Counted from the first letter of the stretch, positions 39,723 to 54,000 are shown. The stretch is DNA of 64,000 nucleotides from Camelus ferus (GCF_009834535.1 NC_045696.1:80416001-80480000); one strand, 5' to 3'. The notes: generated by a model from the sequence alone, not told the origin. Translations and numbers: made by a program.

Positions 39723-42700
39723 CAGCCTATCAGAGTTGATCCACTGAACCAACTTCATGGACAGTAGAAATTTCAATACGAATAGAAAGAGCAAAGAAAA
39801 GCAAACTGAATTAAATGAATTGAGTTCATACTTTTTGCCAGGACTGAGCTAGAGTTTATCACAAACTTCTGTTCTTCACTGTTCTTTTACTAATATAGAA
39901 CTGAAATTTGATAAGTTGGGGGGGGGGGGGAGTCTGACAACAACAAATTAGGTCACCATTCCATATTATCCCAAATTTAGCAGAGCAATAAAAAAGATTG
40001 AACATCCTGGCATTTACCCCTGGTAAATTTCAGGTGCAATTTCCTGGTCACAGAAATTAAAGCCAATCTTTCTCTTTTGATTTGCCACTTTTCCCAACTT
40101 GTGTATTAAAATGATTTAAAAAATGCTGAGGGAACATCTGCTCACAACAGTGTAGCAAAAAGACAGACAATATGCTTTCCAATAAGCCTGGTGGGAGAAT
40201 GTTCTTTTGGTAGCAGACATTGCACAGTCTCCATAAATCTAGGCCTGAAGACATTCCCTGCAGACTTATGAAACTGAATAAAACTGAAAGCTACACACAC
40301 AGGTTTCCACAGAAGATCCAATTCTCAAATTTCTCTCAAAAAAGGGCAATTTTCCAGGAACAAAAACACCACCTAAATAAAGTATAATCAACATAATTAT
40401 CACCTATGATTACCACTTGTCTAGGGACAGTTTATTTTCCATTTTGGTGTCTCGTTCACCAGCATTAATCAATAGGACTCTGGCCACCATTCCAAGCGAA
40501 CATTTTTGGACACTGTAACCTTATTCCATTTTATTCCTTGATATCTTTATAAAATCCAATATATCCTGCCTTAAATAGGTAACTGATCCACTTCTCCCCA
40601 AATACCACCTTTGATATGCTGCCTGCAAAAATAACCTATCAGTGGATGAATCGTCTACATTCCTTGGTGGTGTTCACTGTTTTCTCTTTTTCTTTCTTAA
40701 CATTTAAGGGGGGGAGGGGGCGATTAACTCCAGCATAGCAACAACTGAAAACATAACAGAGAAATACATTGTACAGATATTTATCAATTATTAATCATAT
40801 TAGGGGTCTGGAATATTAGATGGAATCATGTAAAATTTCTACTACTTAACTGCTTTTGACCTTAAGAAAACAGCAGTTTCCTGTGGACCTTCCCAATATC
40901 ATGAACCAACCCTATAGGTAATCTCTGTGCATCATTTTATGTTTGGGTTTTCCTCACATGCCAAAGCTTTACCAGAACTATAAACAGCAGCAATCTGGAC
41001 ACATTCTCCCTTACCCTCTTATCCACAATTGATCACCCACTAGTGAGGAGATCACTGAAGATAAACACAGACAAGAGGGGTGAGAAGGAGTGACATGGAA
41101 ATAAGGGGACACAGATAACCACCAAGTGGGTCAGGCTCCTTTAAAGAATGGCCATGAATAAAGTGCTGCCTTGCTCCTCAGATGTGCTCAATGAGCCTGT
41201 AACAGAGGTTTAAAGTTAGAGCAAGTCTTGAACCTTTCTTCTTCAAAAGTAAATGGATTGAGAGCTGTGATAAAAATCCAGTACTAAAAACATTCTTCTC
41301 ATCTATCATTTCCGACTGCCTTTCCTAATCCAAAAAGCAAAACAAAAATACCCCAGCAGTAAATGAATAAACAAATGAGTGAATCAATAAATAATTCTGA
41401 ATTTTAAAATTCCATTCATAGTATTAGTGATGAAAACTGTGAAAGGTCATGGAAACTAGGTATACAGAGTGGGGTGGGGAGAAATAATTCAGAGTTTAAA
41501 AATGCAAGAAATAAAAGTATAAAATAGAAGAAAAAGAGAAGACTGAATGAGAATCCTAATTTGGGGGTATAAAACAGCCACTGATTATCAAGCTCAGAAA
41601 ACCAAAGTTCTGAAGGTTTACGTAGAAAGGCTAATGGATACAAGATTACTGTGAGTATCTCCGATTTCAACTAAAAGGGGCAATGATCACACAATGGTAA
41701 CCAACTAGCCCTGAAATTATTTAAAAGCAAAGTTGCAGAAAACAGGTATTTATCAACTGCAGAATCAGGCAAGTCAGGAGAAAAATCTCACTGATTCTGT
41801 AATGCATGTATGTTTACTACCTAAAAGATAACCTTTCTTCTGTAAAATAATAATGCAGTTAAGTAGAGACTTACCAACCTTAATAGAGACAGTTTTGCCC
41901 TCATGCTAGATGGCGTTTGAGTCCACTAAATCCAGAGACTGAAATCTATGGAGAATAATACTTCACGGACATGGCAATCTTCAATGAAATCAAAATACAA
42001 TTTCAAATTGAAAGCTACAATCAAATTTGAACCACCCTCTCATGGACCAGTAGTGTGAAAAATAAATATTAATGGTGTCAGGGTGTTTCAAAAAGTAAAA
42101 AAACTTGATAGCTAAAGAATTAAGGCACCAATAACCATTTTTACTTAAGTAACACATTTTTAACCAGAGTTTTCAAGAGATGCTGAGATCTTACGGAGTT
42201 CCTTAGAGCAACATTCCACCAAAAAATAAATCTTCCTGAAAGACTAAATATTATTTTTTTAAATGTGCTTGGCAAGATACTTAAATAGTTTTGAGGAACT
42301 CAGTGAACCTAAAATATGTCAGTTTCTCCAACCCTCTTGATTTTAAGGATCTTACTGTTCCACATTTAATTTGTGTCTTTTCAAATAATAGGGGAAAATA
42401 GGTCAATGTAAGTTCACCATGTGAATTAAGAACAGCAGTAATAAATGCATTCATGAAAATCTTTTAAAAATTGTAGACCTAGTTCTTCCCTCTGACTTCC
42501 TCACGTTGCTTTCTTGGGGTGCTTCTAATAAATCTAGCAAGATTTGGGCATTTACTAGAAATACCATCAATATTCTTTTTTATTACATATAAATGTAGAT
42601 TAAGAGTGAACTTCCTTTTTTCACTTCAGAAAGAACTGACAGCATTTTAAAGTAACCTCAGTTTGTTAGAGGACCAAAAAATAATGCCATGTGATTAAAG

Positions 42701-44884
42701 CGTGCTGCTTATAAGCAAGGCACACTAACCCAAGGGTAGTGGTAAACCCTTTTCTTGTTCTTAATTTCTAGGTTAAAGTTTAACAAGGAAAATTTTTTCT
42801 AAATGTCCAGTTTTTAAGCATATCAAAACTCTATATCACTTTAACTACACAGGACTATTCAAAAACCCCTCAGTCTACTGTATTGCTAATTCTTCTGAAG
42901 TTCTGCATAAGGCTTTGTTTTTAATTTGCTTATCAAATCAATGTACATTGGCAGTGAAAGCTCTAACCCAGCACAGGAGGAAGACACAGCTTCGGGAAAG
43001 TTCAAAGAGGAAAAAAGTAAGAGATTTATTCACAGTTAGGTTTGTTCTAAGTGAATCTGCCCAACGTAGAATGCCCACATACAGCATGTGACCAATAAAA
43101 GTGTTCATGGACCACAACAGGGCAAAAATGCTTTTCCCTCTGCGCCCCACCCCTCTGGAAAAGGCTGACAGAGTGGGAGGAATGGAATCTATGAAAATGG
43201 AACCATGAAACCGCTCTTATTTTCTGCCTCATGTTTTTTTCCAAATTATCTTTATTCCACAATCCATCTCATCTTCCCTGTCCGTTGTGTTTGTTCCTTT
43301 CATTCCACCTGCTTTCCTGTTTGCCACATCCTTTGTTTCAGTGTGCCATCCCTCTGAGACCCTTCTTGTTTCACGCTCACCTCCTCATTTTCCAATTTTC
43401 CTGAACGTCACGATTCCCTTCTGCGCCTGGAGCAAATCATCCCCACTGCTATCACCTGCTCTCTCAGCCCTTTTCTGAGCTCAACACCTACATGGGAAGC
43501 CTCATTCTTCTGATACAGCTGGGAAGGAAGTAGCAGCTAATGGGAGGTGCGGGGAGGGAGGAAAAGGAGACGGTTTTTCAAAACGTAAATTCAGCACAAG
43601 AAGAAAAGAGAGGAGATTTTATAGTCAATTACAGGGAACTTGACACTCTTTACTTTGTAAATTCTAAATCCCAAGCACTGAGCTAGTATCACTATTGTTT
43701 CTCATGGACCTTTCCCATTTCACCCTTGTATTCTCTACTCAATTCTTAATAGAATTTCAAGGTTTCATTATAGCACCAAAAATTGGAACAGGGTAATATA
43801 GTCTGCTAAACTGCGGTGTGCTTGGTTGGTCAAATGAAATTAAAAATAAAAGCCAAGGCTGGTAATTGCAGAAGGCATGATCTATAATTAGCACATCTGC
43901 AATACTGACTACAATTGTCATGCTGCAAGAGGCTGATCCCATAAAACCACGGATTCAATACCCTGCCTCTTGGTACAGCAGTTACACACACAGTCCTAGA
44001 GATTCCACAGAAGGAGATGCAGTGACAAGATCCTTGCTGGCCTAACAGGTGGAACGTGGTCAAAATTCCATCACTAATGCTGAGACTATTTCAGAATAGA
44101 GTATTAAAAGGAATGGTTTCTGACTTCACCCTCCACGTGGCCAGCTCCATGACGACCCCCCTCCTCCCCGCCACACAGGTCGCCCTCTCCTGGTATTCAC
44201 ACCTCTGTGAGATGCCTTCCACAATGCATCAACAGATACAACATGTGACCAACAGAATTTGACCAGCAGAATGGAGAAGCATACAACTTTTGAGGTGTAA
44301 GGAAAAACTGTGGAAGACTTTGAAATTTAGTGCCTTTACTAATTCGCTTATCCACCTGGGTTAACTGTCCAACAGCAAGTAACGTGTTAGAAAAATAAAT
44401 GCAGAGAAGTTGTCACTAGCCTACGTCATCTCCAGCTACCTCTCCCTTTTTTCAACATTTCTGATATCTAGCTAAGTAATTTAAAGCAGTGTGTTGAGGA
44501 GGTTCAAACATAGAATCAGGCTGGCCTGTTAGGCTCCCCTCCTCGGCCTCACAAGGGAATTCAGCTCAGAGAGGAGACACAAGACAAGGAGGGCAGGCTG
44601 AATTTTATTCCAGCCCAGAATCCATCAGGTTGTTTGTGGGTAGCAAAAGTCACGGTCTTCTCTTGGGACTGGAGGCCCCTCTGACTCCCCTCATATCTCA
44701 AGTCCTTGGCACTGAAAGTTACTCAACGCTGACTCAGACTGTAGGATGCCGTGTCCTTCAGTACTCCGAGGGGCGCACTCCCAGTCTGGGGGTTCTGCTG
44801 ACATGACCCACACAAGGCAGAAAAACATCACGGTCCTTCTTCATCCAAACTCTGTAACATTTTTAAAGCATTTAGTGTCTAAAA

Positions 44885-45035
44885 TTGTATTATGAACTCA
44901 TGACAACCCTCTGAAATAGGTGGTATTAACTTCCCCCATTTTACACATACAGGAAGAAACTGAAGCTTTGAAAGATTAACTATCTTGCCCAAAGGCACAA
45001 GGGGCAGAGGTGGGACTAAACCCAGATCTGCAAGG
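44885..45035 (-). mobile_element. MIR SINE (representative; similar remnants at ~1225-1330, 5800-5960, 17570-17650, 32430-32570, 47670-47720, 49270-49370, 61480-61625, 61890-61985)
   Basis: MIR core in antisense form: acaaccctctgaaataggtggtattaacttccccattttacac...gaaactgaagct...ttaactatcttgcccaaaggcaca. Confidence 0.7.
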
Positions 45036-47430
45036 TTGCAACGAGTATGTTATTTTGCTTCTAAGTATGGCACATTTGTGACGATGCCCTCTGACCCAGT
45101 TAAATTCAGAATTCAACTTAGCCAAATAAGAGAATAACATGTAAAAGTTTCAATTCAATAAAATTGAAGGTTATATATGTACCAGAAACAAACCATGTCA
45201 TCACTTATACCTGCTGTTTAAAGGGTTCTTTGGGATGACATGTATTTTACCAACACGGGTTCTGATGTCATCTAAATGCCTCTATGATCAGTTCCCAAGA
45301 AAGCAGAAAGGCAGAGAAAATAATATGGGTTCACAGAGTTAAGTACTACATATGGTAGGAACTAATCAAAATTCTGCCCTCAATCTTCTGGTGAACATTC
45401 ATTTCAAAAGAAAACTCAAAAAAAAATCTTGCATGTTGTTTGTCTCCTTCTATGTAAGTGAAAAACGGGAAATTTCAAGTATGATTTAATGGGTTAAGAC
45501 TTCAGCTGACATGACAAAAATATCTCATCCTGCCTGTTGAAAGAACCATATAGTTAACATCTTTAAAACATTCCAGATTGCAACAAAAATACAGGGGGGA
45601 AAGGGCAGAAGGCAAAAAGGTAAGTGATGGGACTTGATAAAGACAACTATGCACTCTACTCCTCAGCAGAAATCTGGGCCGCCACAGTCTCTTCTTTGTT
45701 GAGCCGCAGATTTTGCCTTTGCACCAGGGAAGTCAATGCCTCCGTAAGGAGGAGAAAAAAATCAGCACACTGGGGTCTTACAGAAAAAGTTATTTATCGC
45801 TGGATTTCTCTGGCTCTGACCCACAGAGCATAGCGCCCAGGTCAGAAAGCTCACGTCGGTGAGCAGCACCTTCCTTCAGGAAACAGCCTTCTGCCCCTGA
45901 GCCTGTCTCCCTTCCCAGCCCACACATAGGCAGTCTTTGCAAGGCTGGGAAGCCTGTTCAGACCTCACCCAGCATCACTCAGAGGCCTCGGAGACTGGGG
46001 GGTGGGTCTGGCAGTCTAGTCTGAAATGGAAGTAAGGGTGTTAAATGCCCAGATTCCTGCCAAAATGAGTGTATCTTGCATTTTGATCCAAGGGTCCACA
46101 TTGTCCTTTTAAAAAAGAGAAGTTGTTTGGGTTGGTTAGGACTATTTTCACTCTTCAGACTGTACTTGGCCAAAGAATGGGTGAATTCCACTGGCCTGAG
46201 CTCATTTTTGATTTTTTTCATGTTTTCTTGATATTTTTGCCATGTTCAGGATTCATACGCAGCTGCAGACAGGTGAAAGCACATGGGATTTATCACCAAG
46301 GACTTGAGAGATGAAGAAATAGTGAAAATCCATGTAGAAACTAGCCATTTTCACGTGCAGTGTGGAAAGCACACACGCCAGGAGGAAAGAAGGCCCCTGC
46401 CCCACCCGCAAGCAAACTCTCTTCCAAACGCCCTGTCTGCGCATGCCCGCGAGGTGCGTGCTTATGAGAGGAAAAGGTTGCAAGGGAAAGAAAAAACCAG
46501 CCACTCATGAAGTGTGAAAGCCCCACTAAACATCTTATTTTAAACAGAGAGGCACCAGTGTTATCTCTTATGAGGAGCCAAGACCAAAAGGGATTCTGAA
46601 AGAAAATCTGCCTTGACTCCCAACATTCCAGACCTTATTAACATTAGGCTTGTTCTTCCAAACAAAGGAAGCCACTGTCAGCCCTGCACAGGTGGGTGCA
46701 GCCACCCCCTCCCAGAGCCACGCCATCCAGCAAGGAGACAGCCTCCAAGAACCCAGAAACATTCACAGTCTAGACTTCCCAGAGGAAAATGCTATCCCAA
46801 ACCTTACTACAGCAATTCTTATCTGCGGAATGAATAAACTTTCATGCTAAGTTTCAGTAAACAGACACTAGGGTCAGATTCTGGTTTCTGAGCAATGATA
46901 GCAAAATGCAGGAAGAGAACAAAAATGTCAAGGAGGGTCATCTGAGAAGGAACTGGAATACAAAAGCCTGGTAGTAGGGATCCTACTGGGATCGGAAGGT
47001 AGTTCCTGATCTCTGAAGGAGAAAAGCACGAGAATATTGCTTTTGTCACCGGCTTTCAATGTTACAATCAGAAATTGTGATTCTATGTGGTGGAATTTCA
47101 CCTAAAGTATAACTGACTCTTTGGATTGTCAATAATTCCGAAGGTCAAATGCCAGAAGTGTGCATTATCTTCATTCTCTCCTACATGTGGAATTCTTACC
47201 ATTTTGTCCCAACATTTTCCCGTATGGCACTGAGTTCCCTAAGTTCTCGAGGTCTTCACATTAGCTACTACACACGTTAGCAACACAAAAGGGACTCTCC
47301 CACCACCTGTATGTGCTTCTCTGGTACTACAAAAGGAATACGCTTTAACTTAAATCAGGGGTTTTAACTGAATGCCTCCTGCATCCTCCATTTAAAATCT
47401 TCCTTAAAAACTGCTTGGCACTCAAAGGGC

Positions 47431-47663
47431 CAGTAGTTCTCAAACATTTCTGTGCCCCATTACCACCTGGGGAGTCCCACAGGTCTGTAGTACCAATTCC
47501 ATCCGCTTTCATGGGGTGTGTGTGTGTGTGTGCATACGCGTGTGTGAGAAAGACAGACAGACAGATGGTGGTAGATAAGGAAGGATACTGTATTTAATTA
47601 GCAGTCACATGAGACTGTTTGAAAACAGAACATCTGCTCATTGATAAGATTTGAAAACCACTG
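47431..47663. mobile_element. hAT-Charlie MITE (MER5/MER20-group termini)
   Basis: Terminal inverted repeats cagtagttctcaaa ... tttgaaaaccactg, with an internal (GT)n. Confidence 0.65.
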
Positions 47664-50600
47664 ACTCCAACTCAACAGTTCATTTTACTGAAATGGAAAC
47701 TGAGGCCTAGTGAAATGATATGTTATGTATAACAGTCCAAAACACAACCTACCTACCATTACCTTACAAATCCATTACCGTTTCTACTATGTAAAAGTAC
47801 CAACTGCCCCCACACTTTTACACAGAAAAAGCATATCTGGAGACTGTGATGTACAGCACTCTTGATGTTTATTCTCTCCCTCCTTCTGCCCAAATCACCC
47901 CCCACACATACCCCATAATCACGGGATTGTTTAGGTCTTTTTGGATTATTAGATAGTAAATCTTCACCAAAGTTTTTCTTTTTCGCTCTGGCTTCACAAT
48001 ATTCTTTCTAAAACAATACTAGCAGATAACCTTACAGTCTCCTTTCTGAGGATTCATGACAAAGGGACAACTCTGGTAGCAAATTGAAGGATTTCAGTTA
48101 CAAACCTGTATCTCACTGAGTAACTTCCTGAATATCATATGCTTTGGCTTTTTCCAAGGATAAAAGGGAAAGATGAGACTCCCCTCTCCCTCAGTGAAGA
48201 CAATAGAAACTTTTTTAGCCTCTGTGATAAAAGGAGCATGACAATTTTAACTGGATTTTGGCCATAGAAAAGGCTCAAAGCCCAGCTCTTGCACAACATT
48301 CGCACACAAGGACACATTTTTTCATTCTCGCCCTTGAACAACTATGGATATGGTGCTCAAGCACTGATCTAAAGTATCTAAAATCAAATGCTAGTTAAGG
48401 AAAAGAAGGAGAAGGGAAAAATTCCTGAAATATTTTCCCTTAACCAATCGGCCATTATTATGCCTTGAGGAGACAGGTAGGGTTTGCAGAAGAGGTGATA
48501 TTTCAGCCGGTCCCTTAAGAACTAAGTTGGAGGGATCGAAAGGAAAAGCCAAAAAGAGAATGAGGCATATATTTGAAATGGGGCAAAACTTTGGGCGTCT
48601 GATGGGGAAATTACTTTGGGAGGCAAGTGTTAAGCAGCTTAGACTTTGTTCTCTGGACATGGGGACCACCATGGAGTTTCCGTAAGGAGGGGAATAGCAT
48701 GTGTGGATGTGATGCAGCCTCAGCCATACCATAGAGGATGGGATGGAGAGGAAGATGGACAATCACGTATCTTAAAACATAGGGTGGTCTCTCTCAGACT
48801 GAGGTTTCTAAGAAATGTATGTATGAGGAGATGCCAAAGACACGGTCCATGATCAAGGATGCCCCAAGAGGGGATCCAGAGTTCTAGCTCACTCAGAACT
48901 TTCAGGGTCCCTAATGAGGCGATGGGTTGTGTGAAACCCGGCACCTTGGGGCAGGTGGCTCATTTCTATCCCAGTGCAATTTCTGAGAGCCAAGATGCGA
49001 CTTTCAGAGGCAGAGGTCCAGGACTGCAGAGTTTAGCTTTCAAAATGAAGATGGGTTTAAGCAGAAGTAAGCTACTTACAGGGGAAGGACTTGCAGTGGG
49101 GGGAGTGCGAGGAGTAGGAAGATACCTGTTTTGAGAAGGGGGTGTATCTTGAGAGCTGATCCTAAGATTACAAGAGGGAGATAAGAATATTCAAGTAACA
49201 AGGGTGACCATTATACTGAGATGTTAAGAACCGAGCTAGGCTACTTTTAAAATTTTATAACGGAAATTAAAATACCCATTTTTCAGATGAGGATATAGAG
49301 ATTCAGGGACTACTAAAAGCAAGTGACCATACCCAATTCTAAGTCCACTATGTCTGATACTAAAGCCCAACAGTCCTCTGCCCACATCACACCACCGACT
49401 CCAAGGTGTGCAAGGAAACAGGAATCCTACATTTCCCTAAGGGTACTGTGGGACTTTGTCCTGCCTAAGCCACTTTCCTGAAGGTACCAGTAAATGAAAG
49501 AAGGAGTTGGCTGCAAAGCACTATCCTAGAGCAGTGCAAACAATTTGTTCTAGGAAGAGGAAACGGCAGGATAGCTACATGTGTTCAAAAGAAGACATGT
49601 TCTGGAAGACAAAGCAGTAAGGAAGACAGGTTTCATTCCACAAATATTTACTAAGTACCTACTATGTGCCACAGACAATTCTAGGAGTTGGGGAGAGCGG
49701 TGAATTAAACAAAGTTCCTGCCTTACGTCATGTACAACCTAGTGACCACACCTTTCGTATTATAACAATAGTTCTCCATCTTATAGCGGAGTTTTGACAG
49801 AAGACATGAAGTCAGATCAAGTGAAGAGATTCTGGTTTAGCAGGTTGGAAATGAGGTTTACGGATCTGCATGTTTTTGAAGTTCCACCAGTGTTTTTAAA
49901 GTACAGTCAACCAAGAGAACCAGGATGCAAGCGAGTCATTAACTTATCTCTATCTTTTTAATATGTTTATTTGTTTAGATTAACGTAAGTTATTGCTTCT
50001 TTGTTACAAGACCAGGTACAAATTTGAAGTTTGCCCCTCTTTTCTTTTTTTCCACAGATTTTATTTTCTATGTGGTAAAAAGGGGGTAAGTAACGGAAGT
50101 AGATTCCCTCAAAAGCTAGGGAATTCCGTGGGAAAAAGGTTCTTCTCTGGAAAAGTGGGCATCTTAACTTAAGTAGACTGTAGAATACCACAAGCCACAC
50201 ATCATGGTTAAGTATGTATCCTAATCTTGCACAAACCACATATAAACGTAAACAGGTCAATCATATTAGTATTAATTCCAGTTTAATATTAATCAGATGG
50301 CACTGTAAACTTAAGAATTATTTGAGAGACTTATTTCTTGGATATATGAGTCAGCTGCAGTAAATTCAAGCAAAAAGATACACTGGGAGAATGCCCCCAC
50401 TCACGAGAAGGGAGAAGCAGCCCTTAGGGTCCTTTCAACCAGCAACCACATTCTGAGGCAGACGGGGTTGAAACATTATGACCGACAGAATGGACTCCAT
50501 GAACAAGAGGTGCTTTTGTTCACCTGCTCCGCCTGATTCATGTTTCCTTCCTTGCTTTGACAACCTGGAGGCTCAAAGCCAAATACATGCCTACATCAAG

Positions 50601-50677
50601 CAATTCTACAGGATTCTTTTATGTACAACCTTACTCATGTCTTCGTATTATTCATCCTCAATTGCCTCAGATATTTA

Positions 50678-51325
50678 CTTTTTTAATAGACGACTTCTGA
50701 GAGCACTTTTAGTTTCACAGCAAAACTGAGCAGATGCAGACAATGCTGACATATACCCCGCCCCAACAAACACACAGCCTGCCCCACCTACCAAATGAGT
50801 GATGCGCCGGTTACGACTGATGAACCCGCACTGACATCACCATCCCCCAAGTCTGTGGTTCACATTTGGGTATGTGTAAGTCTTGGTCTTGTACATCGTG
50901 GAGGTTTTGACAGATGTGCTCACCACTACAGTATCACAGAGTAGTGTCACTGCCCTAAAAATCCTCTGTGCTCTGACTATTCACCCTTCCCTCCCCCAAC
51001 CCTGGCAACTGCGGATATTTTTACCATCTCCACAGTTTTGTCTTTTCCTATCAGATAGCTGGAGCATATATGCACCTCTTCAGACAGCCTTGTTTCACCT
51101 AGGAACACGCATTTAAGGTGCCTCTTTGCCTTTCCACAGCTAGACAGCTCATTTCTTTTTAGCACTGAGTAATATTCCATGACTGGATGTACCAGTGTAC
51201 TTACCCACTTCTCTTACTGAAGGACATCTTGGTTGCTTCCAAGTTTTGGCAATTATAAATAAAGCTGCTATAAACATCTGTGTGCAGGTTTTTGTCAGGA
51301 TGTACATTTTCAATTCACTTGGGAA
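50678..51325 (-). mobile_element. L1MB-like 3' end fragment, reverse orientation
   Basis: gctcatttctttttagcactgagtaatattccat...gaaggacatcttggttgcttccaagttttggcaattataaataaagctgctataaacatctgtgtgcaggtttttg. The minus-strand pseudo-ORF MEYYSVLKRNEL is a classic L1 3' translation. Confidence 0.9.
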
Positions 51326-52221
51326 AATGGATACTTATTTTTTACTCAACATGTAAAACCCTCTCGGATCCTTACTGGAATGAACTAGAGTGTGTAAAAT
51401 AATCCTCCATCTGATTCTTTACATCATGGCTAAACACGTGGAGAGCAGCACTTGGAATGATGCTGAGGAGGCAAGTAAGGTGATGAGAAAAAGAACAACA
51501 GAGCAATTTCGAACTGAAGGTGTGATAAAAATACGTTCTAACTCTTTTCATTGTGAAGCTCACGCTCCCAGAAGCCCACAGCAAAAGTGGTCTCACTGTT
51601 ACCACCTTAGTTACATGTTTTCTACACAAAAGCAAAGAGCTTAAGGTGCTCAGAATAATTAGACTCTCTGTCTGAACATAAAATGCCAAAATGCTTGTCA
51701 ACGTATGTACACTAGCAAATATTTCAGTACAGATTTCAATGGAAATCCATTTCCTCTGACAGCTTTGTGAGAATATTAAAATATAGAGCAGCTTACACAT
51801 TCAGGTGTATGTGATATGAAATACCTGCATATTAAGGAATGTATTTACTTTCGCCATAGTTAACTCATAACTACATTAACTGTGTATGCTACCTTCAACC
51901 CTGCTTCATCTCATTCTCCTTCTCTTACTTTCTCTCTGCCCCTTAGATACTAGTCAAATTTATTTTGTCTGCCTCTATGATACATATTTATGTCATATGC
52001 CTTAAATCTTTTTTGATGCAAGGCAGGGCAAAAGAATGAATCAAGTAATCAAAGTAGTTCAAACCTCATAAGCTCTCCGTTGAGAGCTTATACATTCTTT
52101 TTCTCTTATCTATGGCCTAAAATTCTACTTAGGAAACCTCATTTCTAATTTTGTGTGTGTGTGTGAATTCTCTTAAATGTTCATGATGTAAAACTGTAAC
52201 ACTTCAAACTTAGAAATCATA

Positions 52222-52398
52222 GTATTATTATTTATAAACAATAAATTTATATATACTTATATTTATTTACATTTATATCTATTACACTTATTTTAGATAA
52301 TAAATTTATGTAACATTTGTTATTCATTGATATATTAGCTTATATTTATTATATTTATAATAATAAATTTATATAAATATTATTTATTAAAAATTATA
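52222..52398. repeat. AT-rich low-complexity tract with a recurring AATAAATTTAT motif
   Basis: Almost entirely A/T; aataaatttat recurs three times about 60 bp apart. Confidence 0.8.
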
Positions 52399-53694
52399 GT
52401 ATCATTTGACTAAAAACTATCTTATATGGCAGACAGAGCACTTTCCATTAAGAACTGTCTGAAAGCCTCTTAAATCTTGGGTCTCTCTTATACATTTGTT
52501 TATGTTTTGTTTAATACTTCCAAGAAAATGCATGATGACTACATAGAATTTGAAAAACAGAAAAGAATAAAGAACAAAATTAAAAGAACCTGTAATACGT
52601 TTCACTCAGAGAAATCACTGTTCACTTTTCCCTGTGCCTTACTATTCCTCTTTATGCTACAGTTCACTCATATGAATAACAGAGGGGGGAAATGTTGATG
52701 CCAATGCCTGGCTTTACCTAATTTTCCTCTGCCCTCACAGAGGCCAGTCCTCCCTACACAATCAGCCATACACAAATTCAGTCTTTTTCATTCACAAACA
52801 CATTCTCACAAAGTCCCTGCTTCTACCTGGGTGAGGGCCAATAAGGAAGGACTATATTTAATAGCGATTAATCAGTTCACACCTTGTCTTTTACATGTCT
52901 TTGTTTATTTATCTTTGTAAATGCACCTAGTTTATCAAAATGCACCTTCTTTTGCTTCCTTAAGTCAGTCTTCGATAAAAAAGCTTCTGTTTTTACCTCC
53001 TATGACATCAGAACAGGGTCCTCTAAATCTTACCTAAAAACTTCACTTAAAACACATACTTTCTTCCCCAAATTAACTGATCTTCAGCCACAAGATTAAG
53101 CTACAAAAAAACCATGCCCCTTTGAGCTGATGTCTCTCCATCCACATGCGGTGACCCTAATTCCTCCTTATTCTTGGTCTATGAAGGCGTCATCCAAATT
53201 GCCAACGGTGGCATTAAACAGTAACTGAAGAGGGAAACAAATATATTCCCTTACACCATGATAAATTTCACAACCGTGCAGTAGTAATTACATCTCATCT
53301 AATGAGGTATAATTATTTTCATATTTGAACTAGTCCTACACTTCTTAGACAGATTAATTGTTTTAATTTGGATCCCTTCCACATCCTTCTATGTAGACAG
53401 AAACAACAGAAGTAGCTAACATGAAAACACTTTCTGACACTTGTTACTGAGATGAAGTACAATGTTACAACAGCACGTGACCAAAGAAATAATATTTGGC
53501 CATGAAGTATTAATAAAAAGGAGATGATACAATAGTCTGTCCTGGCTAAGAAATAGATAAGAGAAGGTCTACCCAATCATTCTTAGCATAAAGACCAACT
53601 GCCACGAAAGAGCCTTCTTGTGCAAAAGCTGTTTCTTTCAGGACGTCCCTGTCTGGATCATTCACTCTTTACAGCCAACGTCATTGATCATTAC

Positions 53695-53782
53695 CTTGCA
53701 AGTCTGAGTCATTCGACTTGGGGCTGCTTCTGGCTCTGCGCTCCGCCTTCTTAACGCCGGGCCCGCCGCCGCTGCCGCCTCC

Positions 53783-53820
<38 letters not shown>

Positions 53821-54000
53821 CGTGGCCCTTCCCGTAGCCGTTGTACACGGTCGTGCAGCTGCTCTTGTAGATAGAAGAAGGCGGGCTGTTGAGGCGATTC
53901 TGCCGGTCAATCTGGCGATCTTTCAGCTTTTTGTGCGGAGGCTTGCTGTACTGGTCCTCTCGGGTGATGTAACTCGACATTCCATAGAGTGGTATAATTT
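53695..54000 (-). CDS. FNDC3B: FNDC3B internal coding exon (~exon 6, 306 nt), (E)IIPLYGMSSYITREDQYSKPPHKKLKDRQ...G16-S-GGGPG...SNDSDLQ
   Basis: Acceptor ttcgctttag|AAATT and donor CAAG|gtaatg; phase 1-1. It continues the frame of the upstream exon and matches FNDC3B. Confidence 0.97.
53762..53821 (-). repeat. Coding GGC trinucleotide repeat: (GGC)8 GGT (GGC)4 GGA (GGC)2 AGC (GGC)2 GGG
   Basis: Counted directly from the (gcc)n run on the plus strand inside exon 6. Confidence 0.97.

Noticed and set aside
39917..39930. Poly-G run (others at ~22761 and ~36983) and poly-T at ~55474-55496
   Set aside because: Ordinary homopolymers whose lengths are prone to sequencing error.
50977..51180. ORF MEYYSVLKRNEL...
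   Set aside because: A standard spurious translation of an L1 3' region.
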